Source: Octopus sinensis (lineage: Eukaryota). From it: a stretch of 64,000 nucleotides of DNA. The position numbers were made by a program, and so were the translations under genes. Below the pieces are notes generated by a model, which did not search any database, had not been told where the DNA came from, and saw only the letters and a program-made list of their open reading frames with translations. The stretch spans positions 32,054,001 through 32,118,000 of the forward strand of contig NC_043017.1 in assembly GCF_006345805.1 (NCBI RefSeq), read 5' to 3'. This document shows positions 51,676 through 64,000 of the stretch, piece by piece (position 1 is the first letter of the stretch; every line of letters starts with the position of its first letter).

Positions 51676-51910
51676 TTTATCTCTTTACTACCCACAAGGG
51701 GCTAAACACAGAGGGGACAAACAAGGACAGAAACGGATTAAGTCGATTACATCGACCCCAGGGCGTAACTGGTACTTAATTTATCGACCCCGAAAGGATG
51801 AAAGGTAAAGTCGACCTCGGCGGAATTTGAACTTAGAACATAATGCCAGACGAAACACGGCCACACATTTCACCCGGCGTGCTAACGTTTCTGCCAGCTC
51901 GCCGCCTTAT
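51676..51910 (-). mobile_element. SINE family C with 14-bp TSD atgctcagaaaata
   Basis: TSD at 51662-51675 and 51911-51924. Confidence 0.92.
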
Positions 51911-52559
51911 ATGCTCAGAAAATAGTGATGAGTGCTTTCTCTTTCACCTCAAACTAAGCCATTAAAGATAAGCAAAAGTTCAAAATATTCAGCTAGGCAC
52001 AGGCATGGCTGTGTGGTTAAGAAGCTTGCCTTGAAACCACATGGTTTTGAGTTCAGTCCTACTGCGCAGCACTCTGGGCAAGTGTTTTTTACTGTAGCCT
52101 GAAGCTTATCAATATCTTGTGAGTGGATACAGTGAATGAAAACTTGTAAAAAAAACCCTATTGAACGTGTATGCGTGTCTGTCTATCTGTGTGAGCATTT
52201 GTGTGCATGTGTGTGTGCATGCATGTACAGGTTTGTATGTGTGCCTTCGAGTGTGTGTGTATGTGTGCGTGTGCGTGTGTGTATGTGTGCGTGTGCGTGT
52301 GTGTATGTGTGCGTGTGCGTGTGTGTATGCCATTCACTGCTTAATGAATGCTGTCGGTTTGTTTATGTCCTATGCACATCTTACTTTTTCTCTGCAATGC
52401 AAATTTTTTTTTGTCCCCAAACCAACTCCACAATCAAAAACAGACTCTCTACTAATATTTCTCTTCAAAAGGTTTGTGTCTGTACAAACATATACTCCAC
52501 AAAACCCCTCTCTCTCTCTGTCTCCCTAATCTCAATTTCAGCAAAAGAAATTCCAGTAA

Positions 52560-53330
52560 TGCGGGTTTAAAATCCCCCTCCCTCATTCCCCCAAACATAT
52601 CTATTCTTTCTATCACTCTCTGAAATCCTCTGACCACCACAAACACTTTGCCCTTGTCTCCTTCTGCATTGAGAATATATACATCTCACCTCACCTTCCC
52701 ATCTTTGAAGTTATCGTTTTCAGTGATTTCAACCCTCACATCTCCTCGTGGCTCTCATATTCACCCGACACACACCAATGCCTTCAGCCTGGAAACTGAA
52801 CCCCTTGTCAGATTCTCCCTTTTACTCGCATTCCACCCCATTACACAGACACCTTAAACACCCTTGATCTCTTTTTTTTATCTCAAAACGTAACTTCTAC
52901 CAAACCGTAACTGTCTCTTAGATTATCTTAGATTACGTAAAATCTCTTAGATTATCTGACCCCTGCCTCATCACAACTGCTCAACATAGTTACACACCAC
53001 ATAACAACCCCTCTTGTTTCTGGATCTATGTCAGTTGATTGATCAAAGCTCTGTCAGGTTTACGCCAATTATCCTTGGCAGCACATGTTGCGCTTCTCAC
53101 TCCTGATCCATTAGAATAACCTACACAAGTGGTGAGTGAAACAGTCCCTTTGGGCCACATCCTTCACGTCCCTCACACAACAAAATCCAAAGACCCAAGT
53201 CCTCTAAGAATCTTACTCATTATTGTGCTGTGAACTTTCTAGCAAGTCACAAAAACTACAACCCTTAGAGAACTTCACCCAATCCCCAAACATTCTATTT
53301 ATCTAGAACCCATCATCATCATCATCATCA
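52560..53330 (+). mobile_element. Old Jockey/CR1-group LINE remnant (APE endonuclease and linker)
   Basis: VIVFSDFNPHISSWLS (cf. GDFNAHH..W) and FTRIP...NTLDLFF; heavily decayed. Confidence 0.55.
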
Positions 53331-54069
53331 TCATCATCATTTAGCGTCTGCTTTCCATACTAGCATGGGTTGGATGGTTCAACTGGGGTCTGGAAAGCCA
53401 GAAGGCTGCACCAGGCCCAGTCTGATCTGGCAATGTTTCTACAGCTGGACGCCCATCCTAACGCCAACCACTCCGTTAGTGTAGTGGGTACTTTTTACAT
53501 GCCAGAGGAGGCTGGCAAATGGCCACGGTCGGATGGTGCTTTTTACGTGCCACCGGCACGGGGGCCAGGCTAGGCTGGCAACGGCCACAATTGGATGGTG
53601 CTTTTTACATGCCACCAGCACGGAGGCCTGTTTATGTATATTATTCAATATGTCCTTCATTTTCTAAAACTGTTGGATATGATTTTCAGAAGATTTTACT
53701 GGGATAAAAGTCTTAGCAATTTATTCCTTTCAAAGGATCAGGAAAATACTTCAGCCTGGGTCAGTTACAGACTCCCCACAATCAAAGCAACATCCACATC
53801 TGAAACAACACCCAGATGCTACCCATTCAACTGTCTTGGATTGCATTCAGTATGTCCTTTATTTTCTAATACTGTTAGATATGATTTTAAGAAGATTTGA
53901 CTGCTATTTCTAGCAAACCAATTTATCATGTACCAGCTCCTGAGTCCACTCATAAAGGTCTTAACATTTTGTTCCTTTTAAAGGATCAGAAAATGCTTCA
54001 GCCTTGGTCATTTACCAATTTCCTACGATCATAGAGACCACCAGCACACAGATGCTATCCATTCAAATA

Positions 54070-54486
54070 TAAGGCGGCGAGCTGGCAGAATGATTAGCAC
54101 ACTGGGCGAAATGCTTTGTGGTATTTCGTCTGCCGCTACGTTCTGAGTTCAAATTCCACCAAGTTCGACTTCGCCTTTCATCCTTTCGGGGTTGATTAAA
54201 TAAGTACCAGTTACGCACTGGGGTCGATGTAATCGACATAATCCCTTTGTCTGTCCTTGTTCGTCCCCTCTGTGTTTTGCCCCTTGTGGGTAGTAAAGTA
54301 ATAGATATTTCGTCTGTCTTTACATCCTGAGTTCAAATTCCGCCAAGGTCGACTTTGCCTTTCATCCTTTCTGGGTCGATTAAATAAGTACCAGTTACGC
54401 ACTGGGGTCGATATAATCGACTTAATCCGTTTGTCTGCCCTTGTTCGTCCCCTCTGTGTTTAGCCCCTTGTGGGTAGTAAAGAAAT
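54070..54486 (+). mobile_element. SINE family C with duplicated body and TSD ccattcaaat
   Basis: Same 10-mer on both flanks. Confidence 0.88.
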
Positions 54487-54699
54487 TGGTGTCCATTCAA
54501 ATGTCTTGAACTGCATTCAAGACAAGAACTTCAGATTTCGTTGTTAGAGACTCGTTTTCTCAACAGACTTCTACCTTCTTCTCTACTCTCCAAACATATT
54601 TACCAAACTGTCTCAGATTACAAGAACTACGACAGCAAAACCTCCTCCAGTCTGGATCAATTCACATACTCATCACACATGCCCCATAATTACTAGTTT

Positions 54700-55021
54700 A
54701 AAGACTCCGCCGGTTACGACGACGAGGGTCCCAGCTGATACGATCAACGGAACAGCTTGCTCGTGAAATTAACGTGCAAATGGCTGAGCATTCCACAGAC
54801 ACGTGTACCCTTAACGTAGTTCTCGGGGATAATCAGCGTGACACAGAGAGTGACAAGGCTGACCCTTTGAAATACAAGTACAACTCATTTTTGCCAGCTG
54901 AGTGGACTGGAGCAACGTGAAATAAAGTGTCTTGCTCAAGGACACAACGCGTCGCCGGGAATCGAACTCACAACCTTACGATCATGAGTCGAATGCCCTA
55001 ACCACTAAGCCACGCGCCCTC
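54700..55021 (-). mobile_element. Mosaic tRNA SINE with TSD aattactagtt
   Basis: Head and body like 46675, tail like 15280; TSD at 54688-54698 and 55022-55032. Confidence 0.88.
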
Positions 55022-57341
55022 AATTACTAGTTACTTTTATGCACATATTGTTGATGATGATGATGATGATGTTGATATTAGCACTGTGGTTGATAATGTT
55101 TTTGTTGATGTTGTTCAGGTCCAATTCAGCTCTGCTCCAACAATTGTAGGAATAAAAGGAATTGCCACTTTGAGCATATTATCTTTTATCAGTCATTTGA
55201 CTGTGCCCATGCTGGGGCACCACCTAAAAGAAATTTTTTCTCGAATGAATTGACCCCAGGATTTATGTTTTAAACCCTGGTACTTGTACTATTGGGATCT
55301 TTTGCCGAACCGCTAAGTTACAGGGACATAGACACACCAACATTGGTTGTCAAGCAGTGAAGGGGGACAAACGCAGACACAAACACACAGACACACAGAC
55401 ACACACACACGCACACGCACACACAGACACACATACTAAACATAAAGGGGACAAACAAGGACAGACAAAGGGATTAAGTTGATTACATCGACCCCAGTGT
55501 CTAACTGGTATTTATTTAATCGACCCCGAAAGGATGAAAGGCAAAGTTGACCTTGGTGGAATTTGAACTCAGAAGGTAAAGACAGACGAAATACCTATTT
55601 CTTTACTACCCACAAGGGGCTAAACACAGAGAGGACAAACAAGGACAGACAAATGGATTAAGTCGATTATATCGACCCCAGTGTGTAACTGGTACTTATA
55701 TAATCGACCCCAAAAGGATGAAAGGCAAAGTCAACCTCGGCAGAATTTGAACTCAGAACGTAGCAGCAGACAAAATAGTGTTAAGCATTTTGCCTGCCGT
55801 GCTAACGTTTCTGCCAGCTTGCCGCCTTCTTTCAGTTTCCGTCTACAAAATCCACTCACAAGGCTTTGATCAGCCCAAGGCTATAATAGAAGACACTTGC
55901 CAAAGATACCATGCAGTGGGACTGAACCTGGAACCATGTGGTTGAGAAGCAAGCTTCTTACTGCACAGTCACACTGTTTATATATTTATTTATTTACTTA
56001 CATATTTTATGATAGTGTAATTTATTCCATAATCCCATAAGGCCGTGTCTTTCTTTGTGGTAATAGTGTGTGATATGAAGAAGAGTGGCTGCTATTTCTA
56101 GCAAGTTGAATGATCATTTAAAGGTTTCCCTATTGGTTTCTTCCCTGTTGTAATATTGTTTAATATTGTTTAACCTCAGGTCAATACTGAATCGAGCTAG
56201 CAACACTTTCTGACAAAGCCATAGAAAAATAATAACTAAAACACAGCAATCTACAAGTTTAGCGTCAAATATCTCCACTGAGTAAAACCGAAGTGGAGAT
56301 ACTTTGACATTCCACGAAAAGCAAGAAAATATCAAGTTTCAAGTAGGAACTTTTGTCACTGGAATGTTATCACACAAGATATTTCACGTTTATCTACTTT
56401 CACTTTTGTCACTGGAGAGTTATCACATAACAGCATATTTCGCATTTAGCCATTTCTTTCTAACCACTTGTTTGTCATGAAGACTTCCTCTTGTCTTCCT
56501 AAATATTTGTGATTATTTTTCTAGGATGGTAACATCATTTATCACAATATCCTTCCTGCAATCCCTCTTTATTTCAAACACACTATATCTCTCGCTGTGT
56601 CATTTACTTTCACTTTCTCCTTACTCTCCGCATGCTTTCCATTTCTGACACCTGCTATATTTAACTAAACCTGTATATTTCAGAAGAAACAAAATATAAT
56701 ATAATATAAGAAATAACCTATAAAATACCTTAATCCCTTCTGCATTTCATCTTCTTATTTATTTTGTATTTCTGAGGTAATTTTATTTAACAATCATCTT
56801 TAGAAATATTTAAGTCGAAAAGGAAATTGAAGATATAAAAAAAAGCGGTTTGCTCCTGGCCCCATTACTAAATATGCTAAGAAAGATAAATTTAATTTCT
56901 TTTCTTGCTTTCATTCCTTTCTCTAGTTCTGTGGCAACTTTATCGTGATAAATATCAAATGGATGGCAGAGCAGGATTATGTAAAAAAAAACCAAAAAAA
57001 CCCCAAAAAATATTCAATTCAAATGTTGGCATGCATTAGAAAACACATATGCAAACACACACACACACAGACACACTCACACACACACACACACTATTAG
57101 TGATGGGAATATTTTGTAGATATAACGAGAATATTTCTTCATGCAAGAGTAATGTTCGGTTCTGGAGGTTGAGCACTTTCATCTGTATAGCTCTTCAACA
57201 TTGCGAGGTAGTATTTGAGTTTTCTTGAATTTTCAGCTGGTCATGACAGATTCCAGAACATCCAAAAATTTGGCAAAGACATCATGTATAAAATAAATAA
57301 CATTGCTCTCCTGCAACTTATGAAATATATATGCGCGTGTA

Positions 57342-57369
<28 letters not shown>

Positions 57370-57406
<37 letters not shown>

Positions 57407-57440
57407 TTAGATAGATAGTTAGATAGATAGATAGATAGAC

Positions 57441-57490
<50 letters not shown>

Positions 57491-57512
57491 TTAGATAGAT
57501 AGATAGATAGAC

Positions 57513-57562
<50 letters not shown>

Positions 57563-57779
57563 TTAGATAGATAGATAGATAGATTGATAGATGAATGGAT
57601 GGATGAATGGATAGATGGATAGATGGATAGATAGATAGATAGATGGATGGATGGATGGATGGACGGACGGACGGACGGACGGACGGACGGACGGACGGAC
57701 GGACGGACGGATGGATGGATGGATGGATGGATGGATGGATGGATGGATGGATGAATGGATAGATGGATAGATGGATGGG

Positions 57780-57840
<61 letters not shown>

Positions 57841-57908
57841 GGATGGGTAGAGATAGATAGATAGATAGATAGATAGAGAGATAGATAGATAGATAGATAG
57901 ATAGATAC

Positions 57909-57940
<32 letters not shown>
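57370..57940. repeat. (GATA)n-(GATG)n-(GACG)n-(GATG)n-(GATA)n layered microsatellite
   Basis: Direct reading. Confidence 0.97.
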
Positions 57941-57942
<2 letters not shown>

Positions 57943-60379
57943 TATATGTATGTTTATTTTAATGTATATACTTTGACATATTTTTCAGGTGTCATTTTGT
58001 TCAAGCTGTTTTGTGTATTTATGAATTATTACACAGAAATTTGAATTCTTGAGCACTTCGTTAAACTTTTGCACGAGTAAATATTTTATTACATCGAAAA
58101 ATATTTACTACTATGACCCACCCTTCTGAATTTAATTTTTCTGGTGACTTGTTCCATTCTCATCTCACACACATATACGCATGCAGACATAAGGTATATG
58201 TATAGTGGGGTTGTACATCTTTTGATGCTCCTGCACACACACACACATACATACACACATACACAGAATCATTTACATGCATTTACATATTCTTTTCTAC
58301 TCTAGCACAAGGGCCGAACGTTTTGGAGGAGGGGGCCAGTCGATTAGATCGACCCCAGTACACAACTGGTACTTAATTTATCGATCCTAAAAGGATGAAA
58401 AGCAAAGTCGACATTGGTGGAATTTGAACTCAGAACATAAAGACATACGTAATGCTGCTAAGCATTTTGCCCGGCGTGCTAATGTTTCTGCCAGCTCACC
58501 ACCTTCCATGCATTTACATATCACATGAACATATAGGGATGGTTGTCTGGTAAGAAGTTTGTTTCCCAACCACATGCTTCTGGATTCAGTCCCTCTGCGT
58601 GGCACCTTGGGCAAGTGTCTTCTCCTATACCCCCGGGCCAGTCAAAGCTTTGTGAGAGGATTTGATAGGTGGAAACTGAAAGAAGCTCATCATAAATATG
58701 TATAAATATTAAGTGTGTGTTTAATTGTGTCTGTATGTCTGCCAGCAACTTAGTGGTTCAACAAACGAGATTGATGGAATAAGGGCCAGTCTTTTAAAAA
58801 TGTCCATAGGTAAAAAAAGGTCGAGAACCACTGAATGGAGAGCAGCAACATATTGTTTGGATGGTAGTGGTTTTATCTCTAATTTATATTTTATATATTT
58901 ATATTGTGAAATTTGATTTAATGCTAAATTGAATTTTTCCTTGTAAATTTGGAGTTATGCTCCCTAATATATATATATATATATACTCTTTATCTTATAT
59001 TAAACTTTTTAATACTTTTTGATAGCTATATTTATTTTAAAAAAAATTAAAATATTAAAAAATTAAATTAAATTAAAATTAAATAAAAATTAAAATAATA
59101 ATAATAATAAAAATAATAAAAAACATATATATATATATATATCAAAATTTATAAGTAAAAATTAATAATTTAAAAAAAAAAATTTTTAATCTTAACTTTA
59201 AATTTAAATAATTTAAATTTCGAATTTTATATTTTATATATTTTGTATATTATATTATTTTTATTTCTATGTTTTGTTTTATGTTTTTCACTGTTTGATT
59301 TGCCTAATAGTGGTTTTATCGCTAATTTAATATATATATATATATATGTGTATTATGTATGTATATAGGTATGTGTGTATGCACATACACAGCGATGTGT
59401 TTCCTTGTTTAACACTATTAGGTTCTCCCCCCCACCCACCATACCAATAATCCACGAAACCTAGCTACTTCCTATCTCTATTGAGTTTCCTGCAAATGCA
59501 ATCACATCAACATTATATTCTCATTGATCTACGAAATATCTATTCAGACTTTTCATTCATCAGCTGTCAACTAGACATCAGTCATTTCAGCACTTCTGAC
59601 AATTTCATTCCTATCAGTTGTGATGTGTTCATTGCTGTTACAAGGTAATAAATGGCTTCTTTTGACTTAGATTCTAACACATTTTTCTGTTATTATAACC
59701 GAATCTACCATCCAAACAATATGTAGCTCTAACCATTCAGCCATGAAGAAACTATTTTGCTTTATTACTCAATGAAGATTTCTTCTCTGCTCTGCTCTCC
59801 ATTCAGTGGTTCTCAACACTTTTTTTTACCTGTGGACCTTCTTTGATTCCTATTCTACTCTTCTGGACCCCTATAGCCTCTCAATGTTCAAAAACTATTT
59901 CATAGAAACTTCTTTCAAACATTAACTTACGTACGTTGAACTATGTAAAATGCTAAATACATCTAAAACAAAATGTTTTCATGGACCCTTAATATATTAC
60001 TGTGCATGCCCAGTTTACTATTTTGCTTGTCTGGACCCTCCCTTTCATATGAACCCCTAGTTGAGAACTACTGGTTTAGGTCTTTCTATCATGTATCCCT
60101 ATTACATACATAATGAAGGAATTAATGCATCCTTCTCCATTTAACAAGTCTCTGCTTTGCAATCCTTTTAAAGTCCAGTGTCAGCTTTATAGAGCATTGA
60201 GTATCTGCAAAGGATCTATAAACCGTTTCTCAACTGGAAACATTGAATGCTACCAATTCTCTTTCTTCCCAAGAATCTGTGAGTTATTCATGTTAGAAGT
60301 CATTTCTGCTGTTTGCTCTTCCCATATCGATTGCTTCCCAAGCACTGTAATCTCAGCAAGTGGAATTTTTTACCAAGTC

Positions 60380-60520
60380 AGACCATATTAAAGCATCGAT
60401 TTTGTGGCTGCCTTCGACTCGGTGGATCGGGAGGCCCTCTGGCATATTATGCAGGCAGACGGTATCCCTGTGAAGCTGCTAAACCTCATACAGGCTTAAT
60501 ATCATTCAACAAGGGCATTC
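60380..60520 (+). mobile_element. RTE LINE reverse-transcriptase fragment
   Basis: IDFVAAFDSVDREALWHIMQADGIPVKLLNLIQA*YHST. Confidence 0.8.
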
Positions 60521-60714
60521 TCTCCTGATGACCCCATACACTTGCTGGCTTCTGGTATGCGAAGGTTTTGACTGGTAGCACTTGCATATGCAAGTTGCTT
60601 ACAAGACATGAATGATAAAGGGTTAAATACGTCAGCAAAGATACTCCAGACCTAGTTATGTTACAATGTATTACTCTGCAAGGGAAGATGTAAATGCTGC
60701 CAATATATGCTCCA

Positions 60715-61114
60715 GGGCGGCGAGCTGGCAGAAACGTTAGTACGCTGGGCGAAATGTGTAGCCGTATTTCGTCTGTCGTTAGGTTCTGAGTTCAAATTCC
60801 GCCGAGGTCGACTTTGCCTTTCATCCTTTCGGGGTCGATAAATTAAGTACCAGTTGCGCACTGGGGTCGATGTAATCACTTAATCCGTTTGTCCCCTCTG
60901 TGTTTAGCCCCTTGTGGGTAGTAAAGAAATAGGTATTTCGTCTGCTGTTACGTTGTGAGTTCAAATTCCGCCGGGTCAACTTTGCCTTTCATCCTTTCGG
61001 AGTCGATAAATTAAGTACCAGTTGTGCACTGGGGTCGATGTAATCGACTTAATCCGTTTGTCTGTCCTTGTTTGTCCCCTCTGTGTGTAGCCCCTTGTGG
61101 GTAGTAAAGAAATA
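60715..61114 (+). mobile_element. SINE family C dimer with 13-bp TSD aatatatgctcca
   Basis: TSD at 60702-60714 and 61115-61127. Confidence 0.92.
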
Positions 61115-61694
61115 AATATATGCTCCAATGTAGCATGATATTCACACAAATGCCAACACCTGTCTCGCTCCAACCCTTATACCTAGAATTAACTGGGGAT
61201 GAAAGCACATCACGCACTTTCCTTAGAAGGAATTTGCAGCCCAATAGGTTTCATTCTTCTTCACAGAATACTTGATAAAAGTTTGCTTTGTGTAGCTGTC
61301 TCTCCATGCTGCCTGACCAGACACACTGGCTTCCATGGGCTACAGCTGTAGTCAAACGTTCTTTGCAAAATGGCAAACTTCTTTGGCTTAAAATATCTCC
61401 GTTCTATTTGTTATTCCGGCTGAAAATATATTTCTTCCAGTTCAATCCGTCTATTCTACACTGCAATTATCACATTTCATTTCAACGATGGTCAGCGTTA
61501 ACAGACTTTCTTTTGCTTTTCTTTTACACTTTGTTTTGCTTCCCTGTCAACACTAATGGCCTCAACAATAAACTCCAACGAATCCTGTAGCATCATTTCA
61601 CTACAGGACTTTTGCTAATTGAAATTCCGTAATTAGCAATGTTAATGACAGCTGGAAATTTACAGCAAAGTATAGTCACTAGAATCATTCCCTT

Positions 61695-61734
<40 letters not shown>

Positions 61735-61740
61735 GTATAT

Positions 61741-61787
<47 letters not shown>

Positions 61788-62099
61788 CATATATACATAC
61801 ATACATATATATATACAGACATACATATATATATACATACAGACATACATATATATATATATATATATACTCCTACCAATTTTTCCTATGATCTTAAACA
61901 ATACTAAGCCCAACCACACACATAGATTAACAGCCACAACCATACACACACACACACACACAGACACACTTGCTATCATTACACACACAAAGACCTGCCC
62001 ACATGCACATACCCACACATACCCACACATACCTCCTTCATTGGCACTCTCCTGTCTTTGAAAGAACTTTTTCTTCACCCATTCTCTTCCAGTCATTCA

Positions 62100-62310
62100 A
62101 TATATGACCGCGTGTGTATAGTTGGCGATTCTTTCCTTCCGTTTTCCCTTACGTGGATCTTTCCTTTTCCTATGTTTCTGACGAATAGCCCCGCTCGAAA
62201 CATTAAACCCTCCTTCTTTCCTTCTTTCCTGAGCATCCAATAATGCTATACTTGTTCCACGTCCTCGCGTTGTTGTGTTTTCTCTTTGAGTTTTCATGCT
62301 TGGATTAACT
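62100..62310 (+). mobile_element. Hammerhead-motif pLTR-like repeat (same family as 31845-32012)
   Basis: gttt-CTGACGA-A-tAGC-ccc-GCTC-GAAAC-aTT-aaac at 62174-62209; followed by (TA)n. Confidence 0.65.
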
Positions 62311-62325
62311 ATATATATATATATC

Positions 62326-62701
62326 AAAAATAAGCAACAAGAATAACTTCGGTAATTTGGTACGATCGTTTCACACTACATCATTTTATTAAATATTGTA
62401 AGTATTACAATAGTTTTAAAATGTTGAGCAATCATCAGCCATTAATATTCTTCAGTCAGTTGCTAAACTCTACTACCTCAATGTTCTTAAAATTTAAATC
62501 GACATCTTTGTCTATATATCTGCCTTCTCTATAATGTTATCAATTGATATGAAAATTATGTACCTGTACCAAATTACCGAAGTTATTCTTGTTGCTTATT
62601 TTGATTATAATCACCCCATGGATTAAAAAGGATAACACCATACAAAATTCTGGTGCATCTAACTTAAGTACCATATTCATTTGAATCTAAATTTTGCTGA
62701 A

Positions 62702-62703
<2 letters not shown>
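62326..62703 (-). mobile_element. Second copy of the long-stem-II hammerhead repeat (family of 10631-11050), degenerate
   Basis: Minus 62446-62352: atgg-CTGATGA-ttgct...agtgt-GAAAC-gatc-GTA-ccaa; 37-bp inverted arms; (TA)n flanks. Confidence 0.7.
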
Positions 62704-62737
<34 letters not shown>

Positions 62738-62804
62738 AGAGTAAACATAAATGTGAAACAAGGTTGAAAAAAGAGTACTCAAATACCAGGGGTAGAGTAA
62801 TATG

Positions 62805-62899
62805 CCTTATTTAAAAGCAGCAGAAATTCAACAAAACCTGTTACTCGGAGTTACTCTGAGTAACAGGTTTTGTTGAATTGCTGCTGCTTTTAAATAAAG
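62805..62899. repeat. 46-bp-arm near-perfect palindrome with 3-nt loop
   Basis: ccttatttaaaagcagcagaaattcaacaaaacctgttactcggag-tta-ctctgagtaacaggttttgttgaattgctgctgcttttaaataaag; 3 mismatches. Confidence 0.95.
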
Positions 62900-63511
62900 T
62901 ATATATATATATATATATATTATACATATAATATGCACATATATATATATAAGTCAAATATAAGGTTAAAGAATTAAGGTTAAGAAAATATATGTTAAAA
63001 ACTGTATTGAAACCTTATCTCAGGTTGTTAATGTGGGCATCTGTATGTCTTTGTAACGATTCAAACATAAGAATGTCTGCAAGTCTGTCTAACTGTTAAA
63101 ATCTCTCAATACAGCGAAACTAAAATGTAAATGTCCCTGTTTCAAACCTTAATGTCTTACATGAGGAGTCTTCTATGCACTGTGCTTTCCATCTGGTGTT
63201 ATTGCATCATTCCACGCCCATGAGGGAGCAGAGCATCTTCAAGATGAAACAATTCTTGTGACAATATGAAAATTCTTTTGTTGGTACATTCTGTCTTCTC
63301 TTTTATCTTCATTATATATATATATATTTGTTTGTATATATATCTATATATTCATATGTATATATATATATATATATACCTCGAACACACAAGTGCAAAC
63401 AAGGGAGTCAGAGAAAGGCAGAATGCCACTTAAATCTGAACACTACTATAGAAATATTCTTTTAAAAAAACTTTTCTTCTAATTTTTCTAAATTTAATTA
63501 TTTAATCGTTA

Positions 63512-63549
63512 CAGTTGAAAAGGTCTCAAAATGACCGAAACCGGTACTG
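63512..63549 (+). ncRNA. Degenerate minimal hammerhead-like motif (a fourth family)
   Basis: cag-TTGAAAA-GGTC-tcaaaat-GACC-GAAAC-cg-GTA-ctg; stems I, II and palindromic III intact, core has C3U and G8A changes. Confidence 0.5.
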
Positions 63550-64000
63550 AAATGTTCACTATAAAATTATTTTAGCATTTTCTATTTTTTACTTGTTTTT
63601 TCATATATATATATATATAAGTTTATGTTCAGTGAATGACAGAGATGTGCTCCATATATTTTGCAGAAGATAAGTTTTGCTTATTTTATTAAGACTTAAA
63701 CTAAAAGCTTGCTTGCAACTAGAACTCTGCACCACAACAATGTTCAGGCAAGAAATCCTGGCCAGAAGATTGCAGTGGCATGAAACTCAAGTCATAAGCA
63801 ACACACTCAGTTTCAAAAGAAACTATATGATATTATTTATATATATAAATTTTGCATATTATATGTGTGTGTGTGTATACATTTACACATGTGTATCTTT
63901 GTGTGTATATTCATTTTCACATCATGTGCAGATTGGTAGCTGGGAAGGCTTCTACTACAGAAAATATAGATATTAAATAATGATAATAAATGTATACATA

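Noticed and set aside
58960-59300. Extremely AT-rich tract as a NUMT or control region
   Set aside because: No mitochondrial gene or tRNA adjacent; looks like low-complexity or low-quality consensus of a repeat tail.
61270-61590. GPCR-like transmembrane fragment or 100-aa ORF on plus
   Set aside because: Hydrophobicity reflects T-richness; multiple stops and no DRY/NPxxY motifs.

Overview
AT-rich animal genomic DNA, most likely an octopus or other coleoid cephalopod. This is inferred from the SINE families and the extreme microsatellite load, not proven. Almost all ORFs in the supplied track are artefacts of microsatellites or SINEs. The window is dominated by four SINE or SINE-like families. 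It also holds decayed autonomous elements: a rearranged near-full-length R4/Dong-type RLE retrotransposon, a HERO-type 3' fragment, RTE and Jockey-like LINE pieces, a Gypsy integrase with PPT and LTR, mariner/Tc1 and piggyBac remnants, and a complete-ended ~950 bp non-autonomous Helitron. No conserved host gene is recognisable. A few phase-compatible GT-AG exon candidates on + (6168-6552, 8813-8990, 30350-30405, 30657-30776) could encode an orphan secreted protein, but the first contains an in-frame TAA. The most notable signal is a set of hammerhead-ribozyme motifs in Penelope-like short repeats, most inserted in (TA)n. One copy (10928-11022) has an intact catalytic core and an unusually long stem II. 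It lies in a 103-bp inverted repeat whose other arm would sequester it, with a (CCCTAA)3 tract at the truncation point.
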